Assembly: GCA_021299175.1 (NCBI GenBank)
Contig: JAJTFY010000003.1
Location: 1,462-65,461 of the forward strand
DNA: 64,000 nucleotides
From: Chitinophagaceae bacterium
GTDB taxonomy: Bacteria; Bacteroidota; Bacteroidia; Chitinophagales; Chitinophagaceae
Reading direction: 5' to 3'
The notes beneath the pieces were generated by a model. The model worked only from the letters and a program-made list of their open reading frames with translations, did not search any database and was not told the origin of the DNA. Both the position numbers and the translations under genes were made by a program. Below are positions 36,223 to 47,348 of the stretch, one piece after another (within the stretch, counting starts at the first letter, position 1; each line of letters begins with the position of its first letter).

Positions 36223-38661
36223 ATGAAATATATTATTTTTCTTCTTTCCCTCTTGTTGAATATTGCACTTGTTTACGTAATTGGCACCCGATCAGTGCTT
36301 CCATTGCCACTCGGAAGTTTTTTGAGTGTACAGGAGGGAGTTTGGCAGAATGCAGAACCCGTTGATGAGGACTTTAACGCATCTATGCGTTTTGATGAAT
36401 TGCAAGGAAAGGTTGATGTATATCTGGATGATCGATTGGTGCCACATGTTTTTGCAGAGCAAGAAAATGATGCCTATTTTGTACAAGGCTTCTTGCATGC
36501 AAAATTCAGGCTTTGGCAGATGGAATTTCAAACACATGCCGCTGCAGGCAGGGTCAGCGAAATTGTTGGTGAAAAGGCCATCAATTTTGATCGCAATCAA
36601 CGCAGGATGGGTATGATTTTTGCCGCTGAAAATGCATTGGCTGCCATGGAAAAAGACCCACAAACCATATCGGCCATTGATGCCTACACCGCTGGTGTCA
36701 ATGCCTATATTAGTAAGCTCAAAGCCAGTGAATTACCGATAGAGTATAAACTTTTGGGGTACCAGCCTGAAAAATGGACAAACCTGAAATCTGCGCTCTT
36801 CACAAAGCAAATGACCCAAACGCTTGCAGGCTATGACAGGGATTTTGAATACACCAACGCCCTGAAATTGCTCGGAGAAGAGAACTTTAGGATTCTTTAT
36901 CCAAGTATTCCAGACTCTTTGTATCCAGTCATTGCAAAAGGAACTCTGTACAGCAAGCCTCTTGCGGCCCTCAATCCCCCCGCATCTGCTGACTCTCTTT
37001 ATTTTCAAAGAAAAGATACCATCCAGTTTGTAGAAGACTTCAAACCCAATCCATCCAATGGAAGCAACAGTTGGGCGGTATCCGGTAGCAAGACCCAGAG
37101 TGGCAAACCCATCCTCAGCAACGATCCACACTTGGGGCTTACCCTACCTTCTATATGGTTTGAAATCCAGCTAAAAACACCTGCATTCAACGCCTATGGT
37201 GTTTCTTTCCCAGGTCTTCCCGGCGTTGTCATTGGCTTTAACGACAGTATTTCCTTCGGTTTCACCAATGCCGGTCGTGATGTTAAAGACTATTATGAAA
37301 TTCAATTTCGAGACAATGATAAAAAGGAATACTGGTTTGATAGCAGTTGGAATGCAACAACCCGTAGGGTGGAACAGATCCGCATTAAAAACGCAAAAAC
37401 AATAGAAGACACTGTTGCTTACACCGTATTCGGGCCCGTCATGTACGATAAGAGTTTTAAAACAGATCTTACTGCAGAAAAAGCATATGCCCTTAAATGG
37501 GTTGCTCATGATACTTCCAATATTCTTAAAATGTGGATGTTGCTGAACCGTGCGTCCAATTATACAGATTATTTGGAAGCCATAGGTCATTTCAATGTAC
37601 CAGGCCAAAACATGATTTTTGCATCCAATTCGGGAGACATTGCCCTTTGGCAGCAGGGCAGTTTTCCACTGCGTTGGAATGACCAAGGGCTATTTGTTAT
37701 GCCTGGAACTGATAGCAGTTATATGTGGAAAGGATATATACCCCATGAAGAAAATCCTCATGCTTTCAATCCCTCGGAAGGATACCTCAGCAGTGCCAAC
37801 CAGAGGGCTGCTGATTCCAGTTATCCATATTTCATGCCGGGTAGTTATGAAGTATACAGGCCCATCACCATCAACAGGATGCTGGCTTCGATGAACAATA
37901 TCACTGCTCAGGATATGCAGTTACTTCAAAACAATAATTATAATGTTTTTGCTGAAGATGCTCGCCCCATTTTGTTGAAATATATCATCACAGAACAGTT
38001 GTCAGCGGATGAAAAAAAATACCTTTCATTGGTTGCATCATGGAACCTGATGAATGATGCTTCAGAAAAGGCTCCAACTTGTTTCACTGCATGGTGGGAC
38101 TCGCTGCATGCAGAAGTTTTTAATGATGACCTGATTCAAGAAAAAATGCCACTTGCCAAACCAGAGAAATTTGTTTTGCTTGAGGCGCTTGAAAGAGACA
38201 GCAGTTTCAGATTTATCGATAATATCAATACGCCAATTAAAGAAGATCTTTACCAAATGGTCACTATTGCACTTAAGAAAGCATCTAAAAAGTTGGCTTC
38301 ATTGGAGAAAGAAAATAAACTAGAATGGGCCAGGTATAAAAATACCACTGTCTATCATTTGCTCAAGACCAATGCCATGGCTTTCGCCAGAGAAGGTTTG
38401 ATCAATGGTGGTGGAAATGGTATCATCAATGCCACCCAGCATGATCATGGTCCAAGTTGGCGCATGGTGGTGGAAATGACCAGCCCCACCAATGCATATG
38501 GTGTTTATCCAGGTGGGCAGAGTGGTAATCCGGGCAGTAAATTCTATGATAACTTCATAGATCAATGGGCAAAGGGGGCTTATTACAAACTTTGGTTCAT
38601 GGAATCTGCTGCCATTGAAGGAGCAAAATGCAAATGGAAAATGAGTTTCGCATCCAAATAA
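36223..38661 (+). CDS. penicillin acylase family (Ntn hydrolase, S45) protein
   Basis: 812 aa. Signal/TM, alpha subunit region and the putative nucleophile context NGSNSWAVSGSKT. Confidence 0.9.
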   Translation: MKYIIFLLSLLLNIALVYVIGTRSVLPLPLGSFLSVQEGVWQNAEPVDEDFNASMRFDELQGKVDVYLDDRLVPHVFAEQENDAYFVQGFLHAKFRLWQMEFQTHAAAGRVSEIVGEKAINFDRNQRRMGMIFAAENALAAMEKDPQTISAIDAYTAGVNAYISKLKASELPIEYKLLGYQPEKWTNLKSALFTKQMTQTLAGYDRDFEYTNALKLLGEENFRILYPSIPDSLYPVIAKGTLYSKPLAALNPPASADSLYFQRKDTIQFVEDFKPNPSNGSNSWAVSGSKTQSGKPILSNDPHLGLTLPSIWFEIQLKTPAFNAYGVSFPGLPGVVIGFNDSISFGFTNAGRDVKDYYEIQFRDNDKKEYWFDSSWNATTRRVEQIRIKNAKTIEDTVAYTVFGPVMYDKSFKTDLTAEKAYALKWVAHDTSNILKMWMLLNRASNYTDYLEAIGHFNVPGQNMIFASNSGDIALWQQGSFPLRWNDQGLFVMPGTDSSYMWKGYIPHEENPHAFNPSEGYLSSANQRAADSSYPYFMPGSYEVYRPITINRMLASMNNITAQDMQLLQNNNYNVFAEDARPILLKYIITEQLSADEKKYLSLVASWNLMNDASEKAPTCFTAWWDSLHAEVFNDDLIQEKMPLAKPEKFVLLEALERDSSFRFIDNINTPIKEDLYQMVTIALKKASKKLASLEKENKLEWARYKNTTVYHLLKTNAMAFAREGLINGGGNGIINATQHDHGPSWRMVVEMTSPTNAYGVYPGGQSGNPGSKFYDNFIDQWAKGAYYKLWFMESAAIEGAKCKWKMSFASK

Positions 38662-38674
38662 ATACAACAAAATC

Positions 38675-39025
38675 ATGAAATTTATCGTCTCTGCTATCAT
38701 TACCGCATCATTGGCTTATGGATTAGGCCTTTACTTTCCCTGGTGGACTGTTGTTATTGCAGGCATGCTCACTGGCTTTTTCATCCCTCAACATTGGGGA
38801 CTGTCTTTTCTGTCTGCATTTACCGGTGTTTTCATGTTGTGGGGATTGATGGCTCTTTTCATCAGTATTTCAAATGATCATATTCTTGCCAAACGCATTT
38901 CAATGTTGGTGATCAAAAATGACTCACCCTATCTAATCATACTGATAACTGCATTGATAGGGGGTTTGACTTCAGGATTGTCTGCTTCCACTTCACGTTC
39001 CTTGGTCAACCTAATCAAGAAATAG
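38675..39025 (+). CDS. hypothetical small membrane protein
   Basis: 116-aa ORF with about 4 hydrophobic helices, tightly packed after the acylase gene. Confidence 0.5.
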   Translation: MKFIVSAIITASLAYGLGLYFPWWTVVIAGMLTGFFIPQHWGLSFLSAFTGVFMLWGLMALFISISNDHILAKRISMLVIKNDSPYLIILITALIGGLTSGLSASTSRSLVNLIKK

Positions 39026-39046
39026 AACAAGTCAAGAATACCCTGC

Positions 39047-41524
39047 ATGAGGAACAGCAAGTGTTTTCTGTTATTGATATCGTTATTGATGTATTGCATC
39101 AGTTCCTTTGCCACAAAAATCAATGGGATAGTTGTTGATCAGTCCAATAATCCTGTAGGTTTTTGTTCCATCACTGTGAAAGAAACCAAGAGGACAGTGT
39201 TATCCAATGATCAGGGCAAATTCTTCATGGAACTCCCTAAAGGCAGCTATCATTTTGTTGTTCAGCATGTTGGTTATGAAACCATGACCATTGATACCTT
39301 GGTTGGTGGTGATGAGATGCGCGTGAAAATAACAATGAAGAATACAACCCTTACCCTTGCTGAGGTGAAAGTCAAGGCAGGAGGGGAGGATCCAGCATAT
39401 GAAATTATCCGAAACGCCATAAGACAGCGCAAGTTTTACCAGACACAGGTGGGCGGCTATACATGCGAAGCGTATTTGAAAGGGCTGATCAGAACAGTCA
39501 ATTTCCCTGATAATTTTTTGGGTCAACCCGTTGATTTCGAAGACGGGGACAGCTCAAAAAATAAAATCATTTTCCTTTCAGAATCCATCTCTGACATCGC
39601 CTTCAGACAACCTGATGATCTTCGGGTTGTGGTAAAGTCAACAAGGGTGAGTGGCCAAACAAATGGCCTTGGATTGGCAAATCCGATCTTGATTTCCTTT
39701 TATGACAACATTGTTGCTCTACCCAAAACTTTCAATCCAAGAGGTTTTGTTTCTCCAATTGCAGAAGGTGCTCTGGCATACTATCGATACAAATATCTCG
39801 GTGTTTTTTTTGAAAATGGATACCAAGTCAACAAGATCCAGGTAATACCCAGACGAAAATGGGAGCCGTTATTTACCGGTTACATCCAAATCATCGAGAA
39901 TAGCTGGAACATTCATTCAGTTAACCTATCAATTGACAAGGAATCTCAGTTGGAGTTTGCTGATAAGATTCGGATAGAGCAACAATATAATCCCATCGAT
40001 CTGAATACGTGGATGGTGGCCACGCAAACCATTTTCCCTGAAGTGAACTTTATGGGTTTTGCTGCTTCAGGTTATTTCTCAACCATATATGCTAAGTATG
40101 TTGTTGATCCAGTATTTGATAAAAAACAATTTGGACGAACAATTTTGAAATTTGACTCATTGTCCAATAAAAGGTCATCTGCTTTTTGGGATGCATCCAG
40201 GCCAATTCCATTGTTGAAAGAAGAAATCGAAGATTTTAAAAAGAAGGATTCGCTCGAAAAGCGGAGAGAAGATCCAAGATACCTGGACTCATTGGATAAG
40301 ATTCAGAACCGCATCACCGGCTTGGGTGTGTTGATCAACGGTCCTCGTTTTATCAATAGAAGCAAAAAAACATCATTGTCTTTTGATCCATTGCTTAAAT
40401 CATTGAGCTTTAATACTGTCGAGGGATGGGCATTGCAAGGATCAGCCAATTTCGAAAAAGACTTAAGCGGAAGAAGGCAGGTTTCAATCACTCCGGTTTT
40501 GCGGTATGGTACCTCAAACCATCAGTTCAATGCTTATTTCTCTGGTTCTTTCAGGTATGGTAAAAAATTTGTGAACAGGGTTTCTTTGTCAATGGGTAAA
40601 AAGGTTTTTCAGTTCAACAATGCCAACCCCATTCCTCAGATCATGAATACCGTATCAACCCTGTTTGATGGGGCTAATTATATGAAAGTATACCAGGCAA
40701 ATTTTATTCAAGCAGGGTATTTCAAATCTTTGGGCCATGGCATAGACATGGATGCAAACATTCAATACCAAAACAGGAAGCCATTGTCCAATATTGATAC
40801 AGTCCACATTTCGGGTGATAGAAGCAGGTTGAAAAGCCTGACGCCCAATTACCCCATTGAAGCAGGAGCTGGGCCATTGCTAGCCCATCAGTCTTTTGTA
40901 GCATCAGTCAGGTTCCGGTTCAGGCCTGGTGCTAGATATGTTGAATTACCAGATGGTCAGGTAAATTCTTTTTCAAGATCACCTGTTTTCAGTTTTCAAT
41001 ACTCTCAAGCGATCAGCGGATTATCTGACAATGATTCAAAGTTTGGGAAATGGAAGTTCTCAATTACCGGAGATATCAACTTTAAGATTGGTGGAGAATT
41101 TAAATATAAAATTCAATCAGGAGGCTTCTTGAATACAGAGCGTGTAGCGTTGCCAGATTATAATCATTTTATCGGAAATTTGACAAGAAAAGCGACACCT
41201 TATGTGGAAAGTTTTCAGGTCGCTCCTTTTTATGCATTCTCCAATAAAGAAAGATTTTTTGGAGAGTTTCATGCAGAATATAAGCTCAATGGATTGCTGA
41301 CCAATAAGATTCCAATCATCAAGAAGCTTAATTTACGTCTTGTTACAGGCACCAACATGATCATGTTGAAAAACAGGAATTATCAGGAGTTATTTATGGG
41401 TATTGAGAATATATTCAAATTGCTGCGTTTTGATTATGTTAAGGGTCACGGTCAATCTCTAGGTTCAACACATGGTTTTAGGCTTGGCATACGAGGTTTC
41501 TCTTCCCTTTTCACGGATAACTGA
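39047..41524 (+). CDS. carboxypeptidase-regulatory-like domain plus DUF5686-type outer-membrane protein
   Basis: 825 aa. Signal peptide and N-terminal CarboxypepD_reg-like segment (INGIVVDQSNNPVGFCSITVKET...GSYHFVVQHVGYE). The large C-terminal region resembles DUF5686 as I recall it. Confidence 0.7.
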   Translation: MRNSKCFLLLISLLMYCISSFATKINGIVVDQSNNPVGFCSITVKETKRTVLSNDQGKFFMELPKGSYHFVVQHVGYETMTIDTLVGGDEMRVKITMKNTTLTLAEVKVKAGGEDPAYEIIRNAIRQRKFYQTQVGGYTCEAYLKGLIRTVNFPDNFLGQPVDFEDGDSSKNKIIFLSESISDIAFRQPDDLRVVVKSTRVSGQTNGLGLANPILISFYDNIVALPKTFNPRGFVSPIAEGALAYYRYKYLGVFFENGYQVNKIQVIPRRKWEPLFTGYIQIIENSWNIHSVNLSIDKESQLEFADKIRIEQQYNPIDLNTWMVATQTIFPEVNFMGFAASGYFSTIYAKYVVDPVFDKKQFGRTILKFDSLSNKRSSAFWDASRPIPLLKEEIEDFKKKDSLEKRREDPRYLDSLDKIQNRITGLGVLINGPRFINRSKKTSLSFDPLLKSLSFNTVEGWALQGSANFEKDLSGRRQVSITPVLRYGTSNHQFNAYFSGSFRYGKKFVNRVSLSMGKKVFQFNNANPIPQIMNTVSTLFDGANYMKVYQANFIQAGYFKSLGHGIDMDANIQYQNRKPLSNIDTVHISGDRSRLKSLTPNYPIEAGAGPLLAHQSFVASVRFRFRPGARYVELPDGQVNSFSRSPVFSFQYSQAISGLSDNDSKFGKWKFSITGDINFKIGGEFKYKIQSGGFLNTERVALPDYNHFIGNLTRKATPYVESFQVAPFYAFSNKERFFGEFHAEYKLNGLLTNKIPIIKKLNLRLVTGTNMIMLKNRNYQELFMGIENIFKLLRFDYVKGHGQSLGSTHGFRLGIRGFSSLFTDN

Positions 41525-41546
41525 TTGGGTCATCAATCCTTTTTGT

Positions 41547-41554
41547 TAATTTTG
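41547..41554 (+). promoter_or_regulatory. -7 promoter box TAATTTTG for trhO
   Basis: GTTAATTTTGCTG is an exact TAnnTTTG match, about 65 nt upstream of the ATG at 41620. Confidence 0.45.
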
Positions 41555-41619
41555 CTGTGTTTTAGATTTTGTTCGGCCTGCAACCGAATTTCCAACATCA
41601 CCAGGAATTAAAATCATTT

Positions 41620-42666
41620 ATGGCTACACTTCATAACAGGGTTTCAAGGCAAGTCTTGAAGGAACGGGCAGAACTTGACCCTACACCTAAGAATACAGTT
41701 TCTTTTTATTGTTATTTTACCATCCATGACCCAGCAAAAATGAGGGATGATTGGTATCGCCAACTCAACCAATTGGGTGTTTTTGGTCGCATTTATATAG
41801 CAAAAGAAGGGATTAATGCACAAATCAATTGTCCCGTGCAGCATTTTGAGTCTCTTAAAACATTTCTATACAGTTTTCCTGCCCTGGAGGGCATGCGGCT
41901 GAATAAGGCAGTGGAAGAAAAAGGCAACTCTTTTTATGTGCTTGACATCAAAGTGAGAAAGAAAATTGTGGCCGATGGCATTGAAGACCCTGCATTTTCA
42001 ATGGAAAATAAAGGACGATATGTAGACGCCCAATCCTTCAATGAAATGGTGAGAGACCCCAATACAATGGTGATTGATATGCGCAATCACTACGAATATG
42101 AAGTGGGAAGATTCAAAGATGCCATTGAAATACCCAGTGATACGTTCAGGGAACAGTTACCGATGGCTTCTAGCATGTTTGAAAATCAGAAAGACCGTCC
42201 TATCATTATGTATTGCACTGGAGGCATCCGTTGTGAAAAAGCCAGTGCCTGGATGCTACACAAAGGCTTTAAGAATGTATTTCACCTAGAGGGAGGAATC
42301 ATCAATTATATCAACCAAGTTCGTGAAAATGGACTGGAAAATAATTTCATTGGCAAAAACTTTGTCTTTGATGAACGGCTTGGTGAACGCATCACAGAAG
42401 ATGTGATCTCCAACTGTCATATTTGTGGCAAAGCATGTGATGAGCACGTGAATTGTAAAAATAGCAGCTGTCATTTGCTTTTCATCCAGTGTGAGGCATG
42501 CAAGACTGCGCTCAGTGGTTGTTGTAGTAATGAATGTCTTGAAATCACCCAATTACCAGAGCAGGAGCAGAAAGAAGCCAGAAAGGGGCTGGACAAGGGA
42601 CGAAATATATTCAACAAGTCCAAGCAGCGTATCGATGCCATTTCCCGGGAAAATAAAACAATCTAA
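41620..42666 (+). CDS. trhO: rhodanese-domain tRNA U34 hydroxylase TrhO (UPF0176/YceA family)
   Basis: I chose the start at MATLHNRVS. Rhodanese active loop [11 protein letters not shown] and a Cys-rich C-terminal tail ([20 protein letters not shown]...). Confidence 0.85.
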   Translation: MATLHNRVSRQVLKERAELDPTPKNTVSFYCYFTIHDPAKMRDDWYRQLNQLGVFGRIYIAKEGINAQINCPVQHFESLKTFLYSFPALEGMRLNKAVEEKGNSFYVLDIKVRKKIVADGIEDPAFSMENKGRYVDAQSFNEMVRDPNTMVIDMRNHYEYEVGRFKDAIEIPSDTFREQLPMASSMFENQKDRPIIMYCTGGIRCEKASAWMLHKGFKNVFHLEGGIINYINQVRENGLENNFIGKNFVFDERLGERITEDVISNCHICGKACDEHVNCKNSSCHLLFIQCEACKTALSGCCSNECLEITQLPEQEQKEARKGLDKGRNIFNKSKQRIDAISRENKTI

Positions 42667-43586
42667 GGGAGCTCATTCAATGCTGTAACAACCCTGTCAT
42701 AAGTTTCCTGATCAGAGATCTCTTGAGGTTTGAAGGGCGCACCAATCAGTTTTTCATACAACTCAATGTATCTTCCTGAGATCGTCGCAATCCATTCATC
42801 AGACATTTCAGGGACAGATTGTCCTTCTTTGCCCATAAATCCATTGGCCATCAACCACTCTCTCACAAATTCTTTGCTCAACTGTAGCTGTCTTTCTCCT
42901 TTGGATTGTCTTTCTTCAAATCCTTCTGCAAAGAAATACCTTGATGAATCGGGTGTATGTATTTCATCCATCAAAACAATATTACCATCAAGTTTTCCAA
43001 ACTCATATTTGGTATCTGCCAATATGAGGCCTTGTTTGGCAGCAATGGCTTTACCTCTTTCAAACAAGGCCAATGTATATTTTTTCAGTACTTCCCATTC
43101 TTCTGCAGTTGCCAGTCCTTGAGCAATAATTTCAGCTTCGCTGATGTCTTCATCATGACCTGCAGCCGCTTTTGTTGAAGGAGTAATTAAAGGGGTTGGG
43201 AAAAAATCATTTTCCTTCAAGCCATCTGGCATGGTTTGGCCACATAGCATTCTGCCTGTTTGGTATGTTCTCCAGGCATGACCAACCAGGTTGCCCCTGA
43301 CAACCATTTCTATTTTGAAGGGTATACAAAGATGGCCAATGGATGCATTGGGTGCAGGCACATCGATGAGCCAATTGGAACAAATATCTTTGGTATTGCT
43401 TAACATATACGCAGCTATCTGATTCAAAACCTGTCCTTTATAAGGAATTGGTCTCGGCAAAATCACATCAAAAGCGGATATCCTGTTGCTGGCCACCATG
43501 ACCAGATATTGATCACGAATAGTGTATACATCCCTCACTTTACCTGAATAAAAAGCTGTTTGCGAAGGAAAATTAAATTGGTTCAT
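42663..43586 (-). CDS. purC: phosphoribosylaminoimidazole-succinocarboxamide synthase
   Basis: 307 aa. SAICAR synthetase motifs ([37 protein letters not shown]). Confidence 0.95.
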   Translation of the reverse strand: MNQFNFPSQTAFYSGKVRDVYTIRDQYLVMVASNRISAFDVILPRPIPYKGQVLNQIAAYMLSNTKDICSNWLIDVPAPNASIGHLCIPFKIEMVVRGNLVGHAWRTYQTGRMLCGQTMPDGLKENDFFPTPLITPSTKAAAGHDEDISEAEIIAQGLATAEEWEVLKKYTLALFERGKAIAAKQGLILADTKYEFGKLDGNIVLMDEIHTPDSSRYFFAEGFEERQSKGERQLQLSKEFVREWLMANGFMGKEGQSVPEMSDEWIATISGRYIELYEKLIGAPFKPQEISDQETYDRVVTALNELP

Positions 43587-43665
43587 GCCACTAAATTAGA
43601 TTCAGCGATTGAAACTTCCAATTTTAAACAGTCTGAACATTAGGCTTTTTTAGTTGTTTCAAAAT

Positions 43666-43684
43666 TTGTTAATGATATTAACAA
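43666..43684. promoter_or_regulatory. perfect 8-3-8 palindrome TTGTTAAT-GAT-ATTAACAA, Fur-box-like candidate operator
   Basis: Read directly from the sequence. It lies 39 nt upstream of the TonB-receptor ATG in the purC/receptor divergent region and shares the TAATGATA core with the E. coli Fur box. Confidence 0.4.
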
Positions 43685-43722
43685 TGCCTATTTTGGCAAA
43701 AATTTGATCAAAACTACTGCTT

Positions 43723-46185
43723 ATGAAAAGATTAGCTTGCTTTGCAGCTTTGCTGTTGTTGATGCTGCCGGCTATTGTTAACGCGCAAAATGTGATTATA
43801 ACCGGAAATGTAAAAAGTGCAATGGGGGGGGAGTCCTTGGGTTCTGTTTCTGTTACCCTCAAAGGGAACTCTAATGGAACATTTACCGATAACAAAGGTA
43901 ATTTTAGGCTCAGTTTGCCCTCAAAAACCAAATTTCCTGTTACTATCCTGTTTTCTTCCATTGGTTTTGGCATCACTGAAATAAGTGTTGCAGGCGCTGG
44001 TGAAATGAAATCGGTTTCACTAAATCCTACTTCTACTTTGGGTGAAGAGGTGGTTGTTTCTGCAACTAGAACACCAACAAAAATCCTCGAGTCTCCTGTT
44101 TCTATTGAACGTGTGAGCCTTGCATCCATCAGGAATTCACCTTCCGCAGACTATTTTGACATGGCAACAAACCTCAAAGGTATAGACATGGTTGCATCCA
44201 GCTTAACCTTTAAAACTGTTACTACAAGAGGTTTCGCCGGTAGTGGTAATACCAGGTTTACACAGATTGTTGATGGAATGGACAATCAAGCTCCTGGTTT
44301 GAACTTTTCTGTGGGAAGCATTGCGGCACTCAATGAACTCGATGTTGAAAGCATGGAGCTTTTGCAAGGTGCCTCATCAGCGCTCTATGGCCCAGGAGGC
44401 ATGAACGGTACTTTGCTGATCAATAGCAAAGATCCCTTCAAATATCAAGGTCTTTCATTCCAACTAAAGAATGGTATGATGCACACGGATGGGAAATACC
44501 GTGATCCTGCACCTTATTACAATTGGGATGTTCGTTATGCCAAAAAAGTTTCTGACAGGTTTGCCTACAAGTTTACTGCAGGCCTCATTCAAGCCAAAGA
44601 TTGGCTTGCCGCTGACAGCAGAAACGTTAACAGAGCAGCAGGAAGCAATTTTAATAAATTTACTCCTGGAACACGCAGTACTGACCCCAACTATGACGGT
44701 TTGAACATATATGGAGATGAAACCAACCTTGATTTGAACCTTGTTCTAAACGGTATTGCTGGTCAGGCACCTTTCTTGGCTCCCTACATTTCTACATTAA
44801 CAGGAACACCAAACCTGGTTTCCAGGACAGGTTATTCCGAAAAAGAAGTTACCAATCCCAACACCATTAACTTTAAATTGGGCGGCTCACTGAATTATAA
44901 GCTTACCAATTCAATAGAGGCAAGAACTGGATGTTGAGGGCTTATACTACGCAGGAAAATGCTGGCCAGGCATACAATACCACTATCACAACCCGTTTGT
45001 TCAATGAAGCGTGGAAGCCATCGCTTCAGTGGTATACTGAGTATGGACAAGCTTTCCTTGGTGGAAAGTTGAATGGCATGTCCCATACTGATGCCCACAA
45101 CCTTGCACGTTCTCTAGCAGACGCTGGAAGGCCTGTCGCAGGGAGTGCACAGTTTCAATCATTGTATGATGGAATTAGATTAAGGCCGATTTCAAAAGGT
45201 GGTGGTAGATTGATAGACAGAACCAATCTCTATGCTGTTGAAGGTCAGTATAACCTCTACCGTTTCTGGTCGATTTGACAAGAATGAAAACTTCAAAGGT
45301 CGTTTTACACCAAGAGCAACCATGCTCTTTAAAGTTGCAAAAGACAATCATCTCAGATTCTCTTACCAAACGGCTTACAGATTCCCTTCTACCCAACAAC
45401 AATACATCAACCTTGCAGTGGGTGGAGCGATTCTTTCTGGTGGTGTCCCTGCCATGAAAGATTTCTATAAGGTAACTACCAATCCAGTGTATTCTGTTGC
45501 TGCTCTCGGAGCAGGACAGCTGAAAGTACAGGACCTTCCTGAATTCAACCCAGAGGCTGTAACATCCTTTGAAGTAGGTTATCGTGGATTGCTTGCCAAA
45601 TCAAAATTATTGGTAGACGTTTATGGATATATTGGTAATTACCAAGATTTCATTACGCGTGTTATCGTAGCACAATCAACCAAGAGTACACCTAGCCCTG
45701 CAGATGTGATCAATGCTGCTACAAGAAGAATCATTTCTTTCCCTATCAATTCACCTACTCCTGTAAAAACTTCAGGATATGGTATTTCATTGGAGTACAA
45801 ATTCAAGAAAGGGTTCTATCTGAATTCGAATTTCTCCTCTGATCAATTGGGTGATGTTCCCAACGGTTACATCACTTATTTCAATGCACCAAAGTACAGG
45901 GCTAATGCAAGCTTTGGTAACACTGGTTTTGGTAAAAGCAAACGCATTGGGTTCAATTTCGTTTATCGCTACCAATCAGCCTTTTATTATGAAAGTGATC
46001 TTGCCAATGGAGATGTTCCATCCTACCAAGTTCTTGATGCCCAGATCAGTTACAGGTTACCAGCCATCAATTCTGTTTTCAAATTGGGTGCCAATAATTT
46101 GCTCAATCAATATTATATAACTGCATTGGCCAATCCATCCATTGGAGGCCTTTACTATGTATCTTTTGGGTATAACATTTTCTAA
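43723..46185 (+). pseudogene. TonB-dependent receptor with CarboxypepD_reg N-domain, split across three reading frames
   Basis: ORFs 43723..44937, 44931..45278 and 45232..46185 encode consecutive parts of one receptor: signal, plug and N-barrel, then ...WMLRAYTTQENAG..., then ...GRFDKNENFKGRFTPR... ending in the C-terminal aromatic ...GYNIF. Confidence 0.8.
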
Positions 46186-46221
46186 TTGGTCCACACAAAT
46201 CATTGAAATAAACAAATTATC

Positions 46222-47271
46222 ATGAAAAAAATATACAATTCACTCAAGTTTATCCTTCCACTGGTTTTATTGGTAGTGGTAGCATCAACTTCTTGCAACA
46301 AGGATGTTCCATCTGCAACGCCCATCATTTCAACAAATGCAGGCAGCACAATTGGAGACATTCTGAATTCCAATCCCAATTTTTCAATCCTTAAGGCAGC
46401 AGTTACCAAAGCAGGCTTGATGGCTGCTGTTTCTGACAAGAACAATGTGTTTACTGTGTTTGCTCCAAGTGATGCCGCTTTCACCTTGTCCGGAATTCCT
46501 TTGGCTGCTATCAATGCACTTCCAGCTGCATCAGTTGCCAGCATCATTCAGTACCATGTTATTCCTGGCCGTAAGTTGATGTCATCTGCTGTACCGACTG
46601 CTTTCCCCAATGTACAGATGCCCACTGCCTTTATCATTCCTGCACCCAACACAAATCCACTTGTTCGTTTCAGCAATTTCCCTTCTAAAAGAGGCGACAG
46701 GGTTTGGGTCAACAACATACCTGTAGTTACACCTGATGTTGATGCAGCCAACGGAGCCATTCATGTTACTGCTGCTGTTGTGGCTCCACCAACAAGGGTT
46801 TTACTGGATACGATATCCAGAGAGACGGATATGGGTTACCTTGTTGCAGCCATACTTGCAGCGGATACCGGAGTTCCTACTGGTTCTCGTTTTCAGGATT
46901 ATTTGGCGAATCCATTGGCCAATTTTACGGTAATGGCGCCTACTAATGCAGCATTCAATGCATTGTTTACTGGCCTAGGTTTAGCCCCTTCACCCAATTC
47001 ATTCAAATTGCTCCCTGCAGCTACTGTACGTGGAATTGTTGCCTACCATGTATTGATGGGTCGTGCCTTTTCTCCTAATCTTCCCAGTGCAGCAACATCC
47101 GTACCAACGCTTCTGTCTGCTTCATTGCCTACAGCTCCATTGTTGACAGTTGATGCAACACAGGGTGTCAAAGGGTTTAAAAACCCAACCTATTCAAAAA
47201 TTACATCAGTTGACAGGCATGCCATCAATGGTGTATACCACAAAATTGATAGGGTCCTACTGCCACAATAG
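46222..47271 (+). CDS. fasciclin (FAS1) domain lipoprotein, two FAS1 repeats
   Basis: 349 aa. Signal plus Cys (VASTSC) and two FAS1 units (FTVFAPSDAAF...VIPG and FTVMAPTNAAF...HVLMG, INGVYHKIDRVLLP). Confidence 0.85.
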   Translation: MKKIYNSLKFILPLVLLVVVASTSCNKDVPSATPIISTNAGSTIGDILNSNPNFSILKAAVTKAGLMAAVSDKNNVFTVFAPSDAAFTLSGIPLAAINALPAASVASIIQYHVIPGRKLMSSAVPTAFPNVQMPTAFIIPAPNTNPLVRFSNFPSKRGDRVWVNNIPVVTPDVDAANGAIHVTAAVVAPPTRVLLDTISRETDMGYLVAAILAADTGVPTGSRFQDYLANPLANFTVMAPTNAAFNALFTGLGLAPSPNSFKLLPAATVRGIVAYHVLMGRAFSPNLPSAATSVPTLLSASLPTAPLLTVDATQGVKGFKNPTYSKITSVDRHAINGVYHKIDRVLLPQ

Positions 47272-47294
47272 ATTTTAATTGAAATAAAAAAAAA

Positions 47295-47322
47295 CCGGTC
47301 TCATCTGAGCCGGTCTTTTTTT
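47295..47322. terminator. bidirectional hairpin terminator between the fasciclin gene and ychF
   Basis: CCGG(T)CTC / GAGCCGG stem with an A-run before and T-run after. Confidence 0.6.
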
Positions 47323-47348
47323 ATGCATTTTAATGGAAGAGAACTTCG

